64,000 nucleotides of DNA from Planctomycetota bacterium (GTDB lineage Bacteria > Planctomycetota > Phycisphaerae > Phycisphaerales > SM1A02), in assembly GCA_009926625.1 (NCBI GenBank), contig RFON01000011.1:4713-68712 (forward strand). Reading direction: 5' to 3'. The notes under the pieces are model-generated. The model was not told the DNA's origin. It ran no database searches and saw nothing but the letters and a program-made list of their open reading frames with translations. The translations under genes were made by a program, and so were the position numbers. Below, in pieces: positions 48,092 to 57,197 of the stretch. Every line of letters begins with the position of its first letter. Positions within the stretch are counted from its first letter, which is position 1.

Positions 48092-48982
48092 ATGACCATG
48101 ATCAATTCTGTCCGAACGACCGCCCTGACACTCGCAGCCATTGCGGCATCCGCGTCATTCCTGTTCATTGCGCACTCGGCGTGCGCATGGACGATGGACG
48201 ACGACGATGCAATGCAGGGCGGCACCAAGCAGCGCCAAGCCCCACCGCCACCTCCGCCTGGCCAAGGCGCGCCGGCGGGCAATGGCGATGGTGGGATCCT
48301 GAAGGGTCCGCCCGTGCCACCCGATGCAGCCCAAGGCAAGGGTGGATTCGGCGAGCGTGATGGAAAGGGCGGGCGCGGAGCGATGGGCCCTGGTCCTGGG
48401 CGCGAGTTGATGTTGTTCAAGGGGGCGATGAAGCGGGTGGATGGTTCGCTCTCGGATGATCAGCGCACGAAGATCGACTCAATCAGAGCAACCTTCGAGA
48501 AGGAGATGCAAGCGTGGCGCGAGAAGAACGGCGCCAGGATGCAGGAGCTCGAGCGCGCAGCGCGAGGCAATCGCCCGCAGCGCGGAGAGGGTCGACCCGC
48601 TGGACCAAACGGCAAGGATGGCACGCCAGGTGGCGCACCGAGCGGCACGCCAGGCGGCACGCCAGGCGGCACGCCAGGTGGCGCTGCGGGTGCTGCACCA
48701 GGTGGCGATCGCCAGAAGATGATGGAAGAGTTCCAGAGTCTGCGAGCGTCAATGCCGAAGTTTGATGCGGTGCGCGATCAGATCATGGCAGTGCTGACCC
48801 CTGAGCAGCAGGAGACGGTGAAGGAAGCAATGGAAGAGATGCGCGAGACCATGCGCGAGATGGGCGGCGAGGGTCGCCCTGGTCGCCCCGAAGGTCGTGG
48901 GGGACCTGCTGGTCAAGGCGCACCGCCAAAGGCACCGCCGCCAGCCGATCCTCCGAAGGGCGATTACAAGTTCCCCGACTGA
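48092..48982 (+). CDS. Periplasmic Spy/CpxP-like (LTxxQ-motif) protein with Gly/Pro/Thr repeats
   Basis: Signal peptide. LSDDQRTKIDSI and LTPEQQETVKEAM motifs. (GTPGG)x3 repeat. Call rests on motifs only. Confidence 0.55.
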   Translation: MTMINSVRTTALTLAAIAASASFLFIAHSACAWTMDDDDAMQGGTKQRQAPPPPPPGQGAPAGNGDGGILKGPPVPPDAAQGKGGFGERDGKGGRGAMGPGPGRELMLFKGAMKRVDGSLSDDQRTKIDSIRATFEKEMQAWREKNGARMQELERAARGNRPQRGEGRPAGPNGKDGTPGGAPSGTPGGTPGGTPGGAAGAAPGGDRQKMMEEFQSLRASMPKFDAVRDQIMAVLTPEQQETVKEAMEEMRETMREMGGEGRPGRPEGRGGPAGQGAPPKAPPPADPPKGDYKFPD

Positions 48983-49007
48983 GTTCCCCGACTGAGTTCT
49001 CTGACCG
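48969..49007. repeat. 13-bp tandem repeat x3 spanning the stop codon of the Spy-like gene
   Basis: agttccccgactg, agttccccgactg, agttctctgaccg. Confidence 0.85.
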
Positions 49008-49033
49008 AACGATTGAACGATCCGCGTCTCCCT

Positions 49034-49068
49034 GCCCGCGTGCCTGATGGCGCGGGCCTTTTTGTTTG
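49034..49068 (+). terminator. Rho-independent terminator
   Basis: gcccgcg-tgcctgatgg-cgcgggc followed by ctttttgtttg. Confidence 0.75.
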
Positions 49069-49121
49069 CGGGTCCGTTTGCAGGAATCGTCGATGCGTCG
49101 GAGTTCGCGGCAGGGCGACGA

Positions 49122-50114
49122 TCAGCCGCCGCCAGCAACGATGATGTCGTTGTAGGTGTTGGTGATGTCAGGGCGACGTGCGTCCACACCAGTGAAGCTG
49201 AGCGTTGCGATCGATGGCGTTGGTCCGTCACCTGTCTTGGCAAAGAAGATGCCGTCCGAACCCGCAGAGAAAATGTAGTACTTGCCGCGAGGCGTTCCGC
49301 CTTGTGCGTCGGCAAGCGAAGCAAACGAACCCATCGCCGGATTGCGAATCAACTGAGCGAAGAAGTTGGCGCGGTCACTTGGCGACCCAGTCATGAAGAC
49401 GGAGTTGGTTACTTGGTCAGACCCGAGGTCGCCGAGCGCGGTCGAGCGCCAATAAGGAAAGAGCGGCTCGATGAAGAACTGCGGGTAAGGGTCGGTCGCC
49501 GCCTGCGTGAATTCAGTGGCGCGTGTGATGCGTCCCGTTGCGCGACCCGCGCGCACATAGCCGATCGGCTGTCCCCAGGCATCGATCAGGTCCGGGAGCT
49601 GCACATTCGTCTCCCCAGTTTGACCGAGGCACACGCGCAGTTGCGTGTCCTTGGGCGCAAAGAAGGACTCGTACTGCTTCCCTTCGATGCGAGGGCCCTT
49701 CCCGATGTTGAAGGGCGAGACCTTGATCCGTACCACATTCGTGCCGGAGCCGAATGTCAGCACGGTTCCCGTGTCGGTGGCATAGGTCGGATCGTCATCG
49801 CGCACAGCGCCTCCCATGAGGTGGAGCAGTGCGTTCTCGGTGCCGCTGATGGGAGCATTCGGCGTGCTCGCGAGGATTTCCTCTGGCACGATGCCTGGGT
49901 AGTAGCCGAACTGTGCGTAGAACGAGTCGCACGCCTTGGCGAACTCGTTCATGGTGGATGTTGTCGAGGTGATGCGGGCCTTGTTCGAGACCTTGCCGAG
50001 GGCTGGAAGCAGGATGGCAACGAGCACCATGATGATGCCGATCGCCACGAGCAGTTCAACAAGCGTAAATCCGCGTGGCAAGCGCGTAACGATCGGCGAT
50101 TTGGGTGGTTGCAT
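49122..50114 (-). CDS. Prepilin-type N-terminal cleavage/methylation domain protein (pseudopilin-like)
   Basis: RGFTLVELLVAIGIIMVLVAILLPAL N-terminus. 330 aa. No other pilus or T2SS gene is adjacent. Confidence 0.8.
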   Translation of the reverse strand: MQPPKSPIVTRLPRGFTLVELLVAIGIIMVLVAILLPALGKVSNKARITSTTSTMNEFAKACDSFYAQFGYYPGIVPEEILASTPNAPISGTENALLHLMGGAVRDDDPTYATDTGTVLTFGSGTNVVRIKVSPFNIGKGPRIEGKQYESFFAPKDTQLRVCLGQTGETNVQLPDLIDAWGQPIGYVRAGRATGRITRATEFTQAATDPYPQFFIEPLFPYWRSTALGDLGSDQVTNSVFMTGSPSDRANFFAQLIRNPAMGSFASLADAQGGTPRGKYYIFSAGSDGIFFAKTGDGPTPSIATLSFTGVDARRPDITNTYNDIIVAGGG

Positions 50115-50123
50115 GGGAAGTTC

Positions 50124-50639
50124 TCAAGGATGATACGCGGCAGGGAGTCGTTCCGTTCCTGTTGCGACCTGACGAAGTCCCTCGTAAACGCCGCATGCCA
50201 CCGCCGTTGCAAGGTTGAGGCTTCGGGCCTCGGGCTGCGCGATCATCGGGAATGAGATGCGGTTCGCTGAACCAAAGGTGCCGTCCACCCAGGCGTGGAC
50301 CGCCTCTGGAACGCCGCCGAGTTCCTGCCCGAAAAGCAGGTGGTCGCCGAGTCGGAACTGCGCGTTCCAGTGCGGTTGCGTGCCTCTCGTGGTGAACAGC
50401 CAAAGCCGATTTGGGCGCTGCGACTGGAGGTACGCATCCCACGACGCATGCTCAACGCAGTCGACATGCTCCCAGTAGTCGAGCCCCGCGCGGCGCCTTG
50501 CCTTTTCATCCATGTCGAAGCCGATCGGATGGATGATGTGAAGTCGGCAATGGGTGGCCATCGCCGTGCGGCCGATGTTGCCGGTGTTCTGCGGAATCTG
50601 CGGCTGATAGAGCACGATGTGGAAGAGCGGATCCTCCAT
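50124..50639 (-). CDS. trmL: tRNA (cytidine/uridine-2'-O)-methyltransferase TrmL (SpoU family)
   Basis: IVLYQPQIPQNTGNIGRT, and SLNLATAVACGVYE at the C-terminal knot. Confidence 0.85.
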   Translation of the reverse strand: MEDPLFHIVLYQPQIPQNTGNIGRTAMATHCRLHIIHPIGFDMDEKARRRAGLDYWEHVDCVEHASWDAYLQSQRPNRLWLFTTRGTQPHWNAQFRLGDHLLFGQELGGVPEAVHAWVDGTFGSANRISFPMIAQPEARSLNLATAVACGVYEGLRQVATGTERLPAAYHP

Positions 50640-50714
50640 GAACCGCGCAGCCTACGGGCGGATGCGCATCCGCCATGCGACCGTGTTCGCAGCGGTGCGC
50701 GCTATGATGCGGAC

Positions 50715-50846
50715 ATGGAATTGGTCCTTCTGTCGAATGTCATCTGGATGGTGTTCCTTGCCGGCTGGTGCGTGCTCTATTTCATGCAGGCCAAGATCGA
50801 TCGCTCGTCGGGTGGGCGCTACAGCGACTATCACGAAGAGCCGTGA
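50715..50846 (+). CDS. Possible small membrane protein (43 aa)
   Basis: MELVLLSNVIWMVFLAGWCVLYFMQAK... has one TM helix and sits in an otherwise empty intergenic region. No RBS was checked. Weak call. Confidence 0.25.
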   Translation: MELVLLSNVIWMVFLAGWCVLYFMQAKIDRSSGGRYSDYHEEP

Positions 50847-50898
50847 CGGCGCATGCGCCGAGCCACCGACGGCGCCTCCAGTCTGGTTCGCGCATCGT

Positions 50899-50972
50899 GC
50901 CCGATTAGCTCAGTTGGATAGAGCACCGGTTTCCTAAACTGGAGGTCGCGCGTTCAAGTCGCGCATCGGGCG
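50899..50972 (+). tRNA. tRNA-Arg (anticodon CCU)
   Basis: Acceptor gcccgat/atcgggc, D stem gctc/gagc, anticodon stem-loop ccggt-ttCCTaa-actgg, T arm gcgcg-ttcaagt-cgcgc. Confidence 0.9.
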
Positions 50973-50980
50973 TTTCGACA

Positions 50981-51018
50981 GGGCATCAGGCGGGCATCAC
51001 GCGGGCATCAGACGGGCA
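50981..51018. repeat. 11-bp tandem repeat (GGGCATCASRC) x3.5
   Basis: gggcatcaggc, gggcatcacgc, gggcatcagac, gggca. Lies between tRNA-Arg and the 3' end of the nucleosidase gene and overlaps that gene's stop codon. Confidence 0.85.
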
Positions 51019-51733
51019 AGTAGTCGGATCGCAGCAGGGCACTGGCCGCTGTCGCGAGGCGCATGGTGGCGCTGCGAAGGTTGCGCAGGAACGCATCTTG
51101 GACTGCTTCGGGGTCATCGACGAGATCCGTGACGCACTTCACCGCAATGAACGGCACGCGCCAGTCGCGCGCGACGAAGGCGATCGCCGCGGCTTCCATG
51201 TCCTTGCAACGCGCTTCCAACGTTTCGAGGATTGCCCTGTCCTCTGGTGTTGCATCAAGACTGCCTCCGCTGGAACACGTCCCGCCGAGTGCTCCCAGTT
51301 CTGCCCGCAGCGCATCGACGGGGAGCGTGTTGAGTTCGCCGCGCGCGAACTCGCGGAACCCTGGGATCGGCACGCGCTGATCGTGGAAGGCGACGCGTTC
51401 GGGCAGGTGCAGATCGCCGATGGACCCACCACGCGCGAGGAATCCGCCGCAGGTTCCGATGTTCACGATGAGCTTCGGGCTGAAGCGAGCGAGCGCCGCC
51501 GCGCAGGTCGTGGCGGCGGGGATCGTCCCAATGCGGTCACACTGATGCGTTGGATCGCGGCCGTGGGTGACGAGAACGACTTGGCGGGGTCCCACTTTGC
51601 CAGTGAACGCTTCCGCAGGGGAGTTCGCATCGAACGCCCCGATCGGCTGCAATGCCTCGCGGTCGATGATCAACTGCGTTTCGGTGCGCATCGCTGCCTG
51701 CAGCAGGATGTCCGCCTTTAGTGAACCGAGCAT
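51008..51733 (-). CDS. Nucleoside phosphorylase-superfamily protein (MTA/SAH nucleosidase-like)
   Basis: LIVNIGTCGGF, KDMEAAAIAFVA, and VKCVTDLVDD are typical of the PNP_UDP_1 MTAN-like family. The start may be 51691. Confidence 0.6.
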   Translation of the reverse strand: MLGSLKADILLQAAMRTETQLIIDREALQPIGAFDANSPAEAFTGKVGPRQVVLVTHGRDPTHQCDRIGTIPAATTCAAALARFSPKLIVNIGTCGGFLARGGSIGDLHLPERVAFHDQRVPIPGFREFARGELNTLPVDALRAELGALGGTCSSGGSLDATPEDRAILETLEARCKDMEAAAIAFVARDWRVPFIAVKCVTDLVDDPEAVQDAFLRNLRSATMRLATAASALLRSDYLPV

Positions 51734-51773
51734 GGCTTGGCGTGCCTCGTCAATCGCAGTGCGTGGGGGGGAG

Positions 51774-51847
51774 TGGCGATGGGCGGACTCGAACCGCCGA
51801 CCTAAGAATTATGAATTCCTCGCTCTAACCGGCTGAGCTACATCGCC
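51774..51847 (-). tRNA. tRNA-Met (anticodon CAU), elongator type; an Ile2-lysidine identity is not excluded
   Basis: Reverse complement: ggcgatg-ta-gctc-agccggtta-gagc-g-aggaa-ttCATaa-ttctt-aggtc-ggcgg-ttcgagt-ccgcc-catcgcc-a. Lacks the three G-C pairs of an initiator anticodon stem. Confidence 0.85.
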
Positions 51848-51897
51848 TCTTCGAAACAGATATCGAATGGACGAGTATAGCGGTGGGTCGCGCAGCG

Positions 51898-53730
51898 TCA
51901 GGCTGCGGGCTGGCTTGGCGCGTTCGATGTGCTGCGCACCCAGCGGCGACCAAGTTCCGACTGCGCAAAGGTCGGGTCGCGCTGCGCGATCGCGGCGGCG
52001 ATGAGTCCCATGAACATCGGCTGCGGGACCAGCGGGCGGCTGGTCAACTCGGGATGGAACTGTGCGCCGATGAAGAACGGATGCTCCTTCACTGGGAGTT
52101 CGAGCATCTGCATGATGGGGTGCTTCGGGTGTCGCCCGCTGAACACGAGCCCCGCTGACTCGAGTTGTTGGATGAAAGTTGGATCCACTTCGTATCGGTG
52201 GCGGAATCGTTCGCGCACCGTGGTCGCGCCCTTCCAGAGGAACGACGCGAGTGATCCTGCCTGCACCGCGACATCTTGCGCGCCGAGTCGCATGGTTCCG
52301 CCCATGATCCCCTCGAGCCGCTTCTGATCGGGCAGTTCGCTGATGACGGGATGTCCGCACTTCGGGTCGAACTCGGTCGAGTGGGCGTCCTTCCAGCCGA
52401 GCACATTGCGCGAATACTCGATGACCGCCATCTGGAATCCCAGGCAGATGCCGAGGAACGGCACGCGGTTCACGCGCGCCCATTCCACGCAGAGCACCTT
52501 GCCTTCGACGCCGCGCATCCCGAAACCGCCAGGCACGATGATGGCATCCGCACCTTCGAGGGACGCCGCAGCGCGTGCACCTGTCTCGATGTCGGAGGTA
52601 TCGATCCAACGGATGTCGACTTCCGCGCCGAGGGTGACCGCGCAGTGCTCGACCGCCTTGTCAATCGATGCATAGGCGTCTCGAAGCGCTGCGTACTTGC
52701 CGGTGATGCCAAGCGTGATGCGGTGGTCGCGCGTGCCGGCGAGCTGCGCGGTGAACGCGTCCCAACCCTTCCGCGCGCGGTCCTCCGCGGCGGTGTCGAC
52801 TCGGTCATGGAGGTGGAGCAACGAGAGGATTTCGCGGTCAAGCCCCTCGCAGCGCATCGCGTCGGGGATGACATAGATCGATTCGCGGTCGTGCATCGAG
52901 AAGACACGCTTCATCGGCACATTCGAGAACATCGAGATCTTCTGGGCGACCTTGGGCAGCACGGGGTTCTTCGCGCGGCATGCAATGATGTGCGGTTGGA
53001 TGCCCGCCTCCATCAGTCGCTTGATGCCGAGCTGCGCCGCCTTCGACTTCTGTTCGCCGAGGATCGATGGTTCGAGGATGTAGGTGAGCGCAACGAAGCA
53101 GGTGCTGCCATCGCCCTCCTCGAACGCGAGTTCGCGCAGCGCCTCGATGTAGAAGCCGTTTTCGTAGTCGCCTGCCGTGCCGCCCACTTCGACGAACACG
53201 ACATCGACTTGCTTGGCGTTGGGACCCGTCATCGCCAGTTCGCGCAGGCGCATCTTCACTGCGCCGGTCACATGCGGGATCATCTGCACATCGCGCCCGA
53301 GGTACCCGCCGCGGCGTTCACGCTCGAGGATGTCGGTGTAGATCTGCCCGGCGGTCATGAAGTTGCGCCGTCCAAGATTCTGGTTGAGCACACGCTCGTA
53401 GGTCCCGAGATCCATGTCGGTCTCAAGTCCGTCGTCAAGCACGAACACCTCGCCGTGGCGGTAGGGGTTCAGCGTGCCGGAATCGATGTTGAGATAACCC
53501 TCGAGCTTGACTGGCGCGACGGAGAGGCCTTTGTCTTGGAGGAGTTTCGCGAGCGAACTGGCGAAGATGCCCTTGCCAAGGCCGCTCATGACCGTGCCGA
53601 TGACGACGACGAACTTCGTCTTGCCGCTCACATAGCCAGTTGGTGCAGGAGAGAAATGTTCGCTGCTCTCTTCACTGTTGGAGAACTGCGAAAGGAAGGT
53701 GTCGCCCGATCCGGGCACCTCAGGAGGCAT
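51898..53730 (-). CDS. pyrG: CTP synthase
   Basis: GKGIFASSLAKLL, GICLGFQMAVIE, HRYEV. About 35 extra N-terminal residues compared with the usual start, so the true start may be internal. Confidence 0.92.
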   Translation of the reverse strand: MPPEVPGSGDTFLSQFSNSEESSEHFSPAPTGYVSGKTKFVVVIGTVMSGLGKGIFASSLAKLLQDKGLSVAPVKLEGYLNIDSGTLNPYRHGEVFVLDDGLETDMDLGTYERVLNQNLGRRNFMTAGQIYTDILERERRGGYLGRDVQMIPHVTGAVKMRLRELAMTGPNAKQVDVVFVEVGGTAGDYENGFYIEALRELAFEEGDGSTCFVALTYILEPSILGEQKSKAAQLGIKRLMEAGIQPHIIACRAKNPVLPKVAQKISMFSNVPMKRVFSMHDRESIYVIPDAMRCEGLDREILSLLHLHDRVDTAAEDRARKGWDAFTAQLAGTRDHRITLGITGKYAALRDAYASIDKAVEHCAVTLGAEVDIRWIDTSDIETGARAAASLEGADAIIVPGGFGMRGVEGKVLCVEWARVNRVPFLGICLGFQMAVIEYSRNVLGWKDAHSTEFDPKCGHPVISELPDQKRLEGIMGGTMRLGAQDVAVQAGSLASFLWKGATTVRERFRHRYEVDPTFIQQLESAGLVFSGRHPKHPIMQMLELPVKEHPFFIGAQFHPELTSRPLVPQPMFMGLIAAAIAQRDPTFAQSELGRRWVRSTSNAPSQPAA

Positions 53731-53765
53731 GCCCGATCGTACTCAAGGGTCGAAGCGGGTACAAG

Positions 53766-56432
53766 ATGGGGATGACTGCGCACTTTCGATCGACTTGGCT
53801 GCGTTCTCTCGCCTTGGCTGCCGTCGTGACTGCCGCGTCGGCGCGGATGGTCGACGAGCCGCGCGAGCACTTTCCGCCCGATCCGCAGGTGGAGTGGCGG
53901 CGCGTGGAGTTGTCGCTGCGCTTTGAGGATCTCGATGATCCGTCGTTCGTGGGTTCTGCGGTTTACACATTTCGCGCGGCGGGGCAACGCGTCGAGACGC
54001 TGCGGCTCGATGCGGGTGACATGGAAGTCGCCGCGGTCCAGGAGGTCGGCGGCAAGGGGCGCACACTGGAGTGGTCTCATGCGGATGATGTCCTGCAGGT
54101 TCGGCTGGCGGATCCGATCGGTCCGCACTTCGGGGGCGCAGGCGACGCTGCCGCAGAGGATCATCGAGTCCGAATCGATTACCGAGTGCGCGACCCGCGA
54201 CGGGGGATGACATTCTCACCCGCGCTTCCAACAACGGATGGCGCGCCAGCGGCGGCGGCCGAGGTTCACACGCAAGGGCAGCCGCAGAGCAATCATCACT
54301 GGTTCCCCGTCCACGACTTTCCCAATGTGCGACTGGCCACAGAACTGATCGTCGATGTGCCGCAAGGCGTGTCGGTCAGTGGGAACGGCAGGCTTGCCAA
54401 ACATGAGTCACTCGGAAAGCGTGAGGTGTGGCACTGGGTCCAGGACGAGCCGCATGTGCCGTATCTGGTGTCGCTCGTCGCTGGGAACTTTCAGCGCACC
54501 GAGCTCGCCGCGCCGCTCAGCGGAGTTCCGATGGCGGTCTGGACGCGCCCCGATCACGCCGCATTCGCGCGCAATACCTACGCAAACACCGATCGCATGA
54601 TGAAGGTGTTTGAACGCGTCTTTGGCGTTGCCTATCCCTGGGCTCGCTACGACCAACTGGTGGTTCGCAACTTTGCCGCAGGGGGCATGGAGAACACATC
54701 TGCAACGACGATGAATGCGGGGGCGCTGCTCGATACGACATCGCTCATCGAGGGCGATCTCGATGGTTTGATCTCGCATGAACTCTGTCATCAGTGGACG
54801 GGTGATCTGATCACATGCAGGAGTTGGGAGCACATTTGGTTGAACGAGGGATGGGCGACCTATGGCACTGCCCTTTGGATGGAGGAGCGCGACGGAGTCG
54901 ACGGCTACTACGACCAGGTCCTCGGCAGCGCTGGCGTTGCGGGCGCCGACTCTGCGGCCGCCGCAGGAACGCCACCGCTCATGCCGCAGGCGATGTGCTC
55001 GCGCGTGTACGGTTCGCCGGGCGAGACATTCCGGCGCAACGCGAACCCGTATCCCAAGGGTGCATCGGTGCTGCACATGCTGCGTCGCCGACTCGGCGAC
55101 GATGCGTTCTTCCGAGGAGTTCATCTGTATTTCAAGCGCTTCGGCGGACGATTGGCGGAGACGGCGGACTTTCGCCGCTGCCTCGAGGAGGTGAGCGGAT
55201 CGAGCCTCGAGGAGTTCTTCGAGCAGTGGTGCTTCCGTCCTGGAAGTCCCGAGATCGGCGTGAAGGCGTCGTACGACCCTGCACCGCGTCGGCTGCGCAT
55301 CGAGGTGACGCAGTCGATGCGCAACGCAGCGGCACCTTGGATGCGATTCGACTTGCCAGTCGTCGTCCGCACCGCGAGCGGAGATCGCACCGTGGCGGTG
55401 TCGGTCGATGGCGCGGCGTCCGTGCGTGAGGTGGAGCTCGATGGTCCACCGACGATGGTCGCGGTCGATCCGATGCTCGATGTGCTCAAGGTGCTCTCGG
55501 TGGACCTGCCTGATGCATGGCTGATCGAGCAGCTTCGGGCAGGTCCCACCTCGGCTGCGCGGCGTCAGGCTGCGCGTGCACTTGCCAAGCGCGAGTCGCC
55601 GAGCGCGCTTGAGGCGCTCGCAGCGGTGGCGGCAGATTCGGGCGTGCGCGCCTCGCTCCGAAGTGAGGCGGTCGAGGCAATCGCTGCCTACGGTTCGCCG
55701 AGCGCACGCGAATCCATGACAACGCTGTTCGATCGGTTGGTGGTGCCTGCGCTTGGGAAGCCGCCGGCAGAAAACGAGAAGGAATGTCCCGCGACGGTGC
55801 GCGCATCCATCGCTGCAAGCATGGGCGCGGTGCCGTTCGAGCAGTCGCGTGCGCGCCTGACCGACGCCCTGCAGCGCGAGAATGGCTACGCGGTTCGGAC
55901 GAGTGCGTGCGAGGCGCTGCGGCGGCTCGGCGGAGTTGACTTCGCCGAGCAGCGCACGGCACTCCAAGGCGATGCAGCGCTGCGCAGCGGGCTCGAGCGG
56001 ATGCTCGAGCAAGGCATTCCAAGCGAACGCGTGCGGATCGCTGCGCTCGAAACCATCAGTGCGCTGCAGCTGAACGAACTGCGTGCGCGGGTGGAGTCGC
56101 TCGCGCAGCTTGGCTTCATGGATCGGATGCGTTCCACTGCAATCGGCACGCTGGCGGAGTTAACGCGCGGCAGCTCGGATACTGCGCAGCGCGCGGAAAC
56201 AGTGCGGCTGTGCATGCGGTGGCTGACCGACCCTGAACTTCGTGCGCGCGATGCAGCGGGCGAAGCGCTCGCGAAGCTCGCAGCACGCGAGGCGCTGCCC
56301 GACATCGACGCGATTGCTGCGAGCGACCGCGATCCGCGCGCGCGCGATCGAGCGCGCGAGTGGGCTCGGACGATCAGGGATGCGGCGGCGAAGCCTGCGC
56401 CGAAACCTGCGGTTGGCGCTTCCAGCGGCTGA
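53766..56432 (+). CDS. pepN: M1-family aminopeptidase N with C-terminal HEAT-repeat region
   Basis: In-frame ATG at 53766 with a signal peptide. AGGMENTS (GxMEN), HELCHQWTGD (HExxH), WLNEGWATY. HEAT-like repeats (ARRQAARALAK..). Confidence 0.85.
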   Translation: MGMTAHFRSTWLRSLALAAVVTAASARMVDEPREHFPPDPQVEWRRVELSLRFEDLDDPSFVGSAVYTFRAAGQRVETLRLDAGDMEVAAVQEVGGKGRTLEWSHADDVLQVRLADPIGPHFGGAGDAAAEDHRVRIDYRVRDPRRGMTFSPALPTTDGAPAAAAEVHTQGQPQSNHHWFPVHDFPNVRLATELIVDVPQGVSVSGNGRLAKHESLGKREVWHWVQDEPHVPYLVSLVAGNFQRTELAAPLSGVPMAVWTRPDHAAFARNTYANTDRMMKVFERVFGVAYPWARYDQLVVRNFAAGGMENTSATTMNAGALLDTTSLIEGDLDGLISHELCHQWTGDLITCRSWEHIWLNEGWATYGTALWMEERDGVDGYYDQVLGSAGVAGADSAAAAGTPPLMPQAMCSRVYGSPGETFRRNANPYPKGASVLHMLRRRLGDDAFFRGVHLYFKRFGGRLAETADFRRCLEEVSGSSLEEFFEQWCFRPGSPEIGVKASYDPAPRRLRIEVTQSMRNAAAPWMRFDLPVVVRTASGDRTVAVSVDGAASVREVELDGPPTMVAVDPMLDVLKVLSVDLPDAWLIEQLRAGPTSAARRQAARALAKRESPSALEALAAVAADSGVRASLRSEAVEAIAAYGSPSARESMTTLFDRLVVPALGKPPAENEKECPATVRASIAASMGAVPFEQSRARLTDALQRENGYAVRTSACEALRRLGGVDFAEQRTALQGDAALRSGLERMLEQGIPSERVRIAALETISALQLNELRARVESLAQLGFMDRMRSTAIGTLAELTRGSSDTAQRAETVRLCMRWLTDPELRARDAAGEALAKLAAREALPDIDAIAASDRDPRARDRAREWARTIRDAAAKPAPKPAVGASSG

Positions 56433-57174
56433 CGAACGCGTCGTACTGCTCTGGCGTGTCGATGCCCTGCGAGCGCGCAATGCCTTGGGCGACCGCGATG
56501 GCGAAGCCATGCTCGAGCGCCCGAAGCTGCTCGAGTTGTTCGGTGCGTTCAAGCTGCGTCGGCGGGAGCGCTGCGAACCGCGGGAGGAACGCGCGTCGGT
56601 ACACATAGAGTCCGACATGCTTGAGCGGTGCCGCTGCGCCTTCGCTCGCGGCGTCGCGCACGAAAGGGATGATCGCGCGCGAGAAGTAGAGGGCTCGCCC
56701 TGTGCTGCCCACGACGCACTTCACGATGTTCGGATTGGCGGGGTCCTCGCCGGGGAGGAACGGCGACACGACGGTCGACATGTCCGCTGCCGCATCGGCG
56801 ATCAGTGCATCGATCGCTGCCGTGATGAGTTCTGGTTCGAGTTCCGGTTCGTCACCCTGCACATTCACGATGATGTCCGCATCGACCTGCGCGATCGCCT
56901 CGGCGATGCGGCAGGTGCCGTTGGGATGATCTGCGCGGGTCATGATGCAGCGCGCGCCGAACCGCGCCGACGCAGACGCAATGCGCGAATCGTCGGTGGC
57001 GATGATCACCTCGTGCACGCGCGGGCAGGCTCGAGCGCGTTCCCAGACATGTTGGATCAGCGGACGCCCCGTCGCGTCCGCCAGCATCTTGCCGGGGAAG
57101 CGGGAGGAGTTCATGCGGGCGGGAATGACGGCGGCGATCCGAGGGCAATTCTCCGCAGTCGTTGCCATGCTCAA
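56374..57174 (-). CDS. kdsB: 3-deoxy-manno-octulosonate cytidylyltransferase (CMP-KDO synthetase)
   Basis: AVIPARMNSSRFPGKML, NVQGDEP, GLYVYR. The 3' end overlaps pepN by 59 nt (convergent). Confidence 0.88.
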   Translation of the reverse strand: MSMATTAENCPRIAAVIPARMNSSRFPGKMLADATGRPLIQHVWERARACPRVHEVIIATDDSRIASASARFGARCIMTRADHPNGTCRIAEAIAQVDADIIVNVQGDEPELEPELITAAIDALIADAAADMSTVVSPFLPGEDPANPNIVKCVVGSTGRALYFSRAIIPFVRDAASEGAAAPLKHVGLYVYRRAFLPRFAALPPTQLERTEQLEQLRALEHGFAIAVAQGIARSQGIDTPEQYDAFVSRWKRQPQVSAQASPPHP

Positions 57175-57197
57175 GGTGCTCGGGACTCCTGGGATGC

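Noticed and set aside
49047-50255. 402-aa plus-strand ORF
   Set aside because: Antisense to the prepilin-like gene and trmL.
51774-51847. Initiator tRNA-fMet identity for the CAU tRNA
   Set aside because: The anticodon stem lacks the three consecutive G-C pairs, and the acceptor end is fully paired (G1-C72). It is therefore an elongator Met, or an Ile2 tRNA that needs lysidine.
33911-51847. tRNA genes as integration sites for genomic islands
   Set aside because: No integrase, no duplicated tRNA 3' ends and no compositional break are visible next to any of the three tRNAs. The neighbouring genes are housekeeping.
52276-56012. 499-aa plus-strand ORF (52276..53775) and 534-aa minus-strand ORF (54408..56012)
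   Set aside because: Antisense to pyrG and pepN respectively, both of which carry catalytic motifs.
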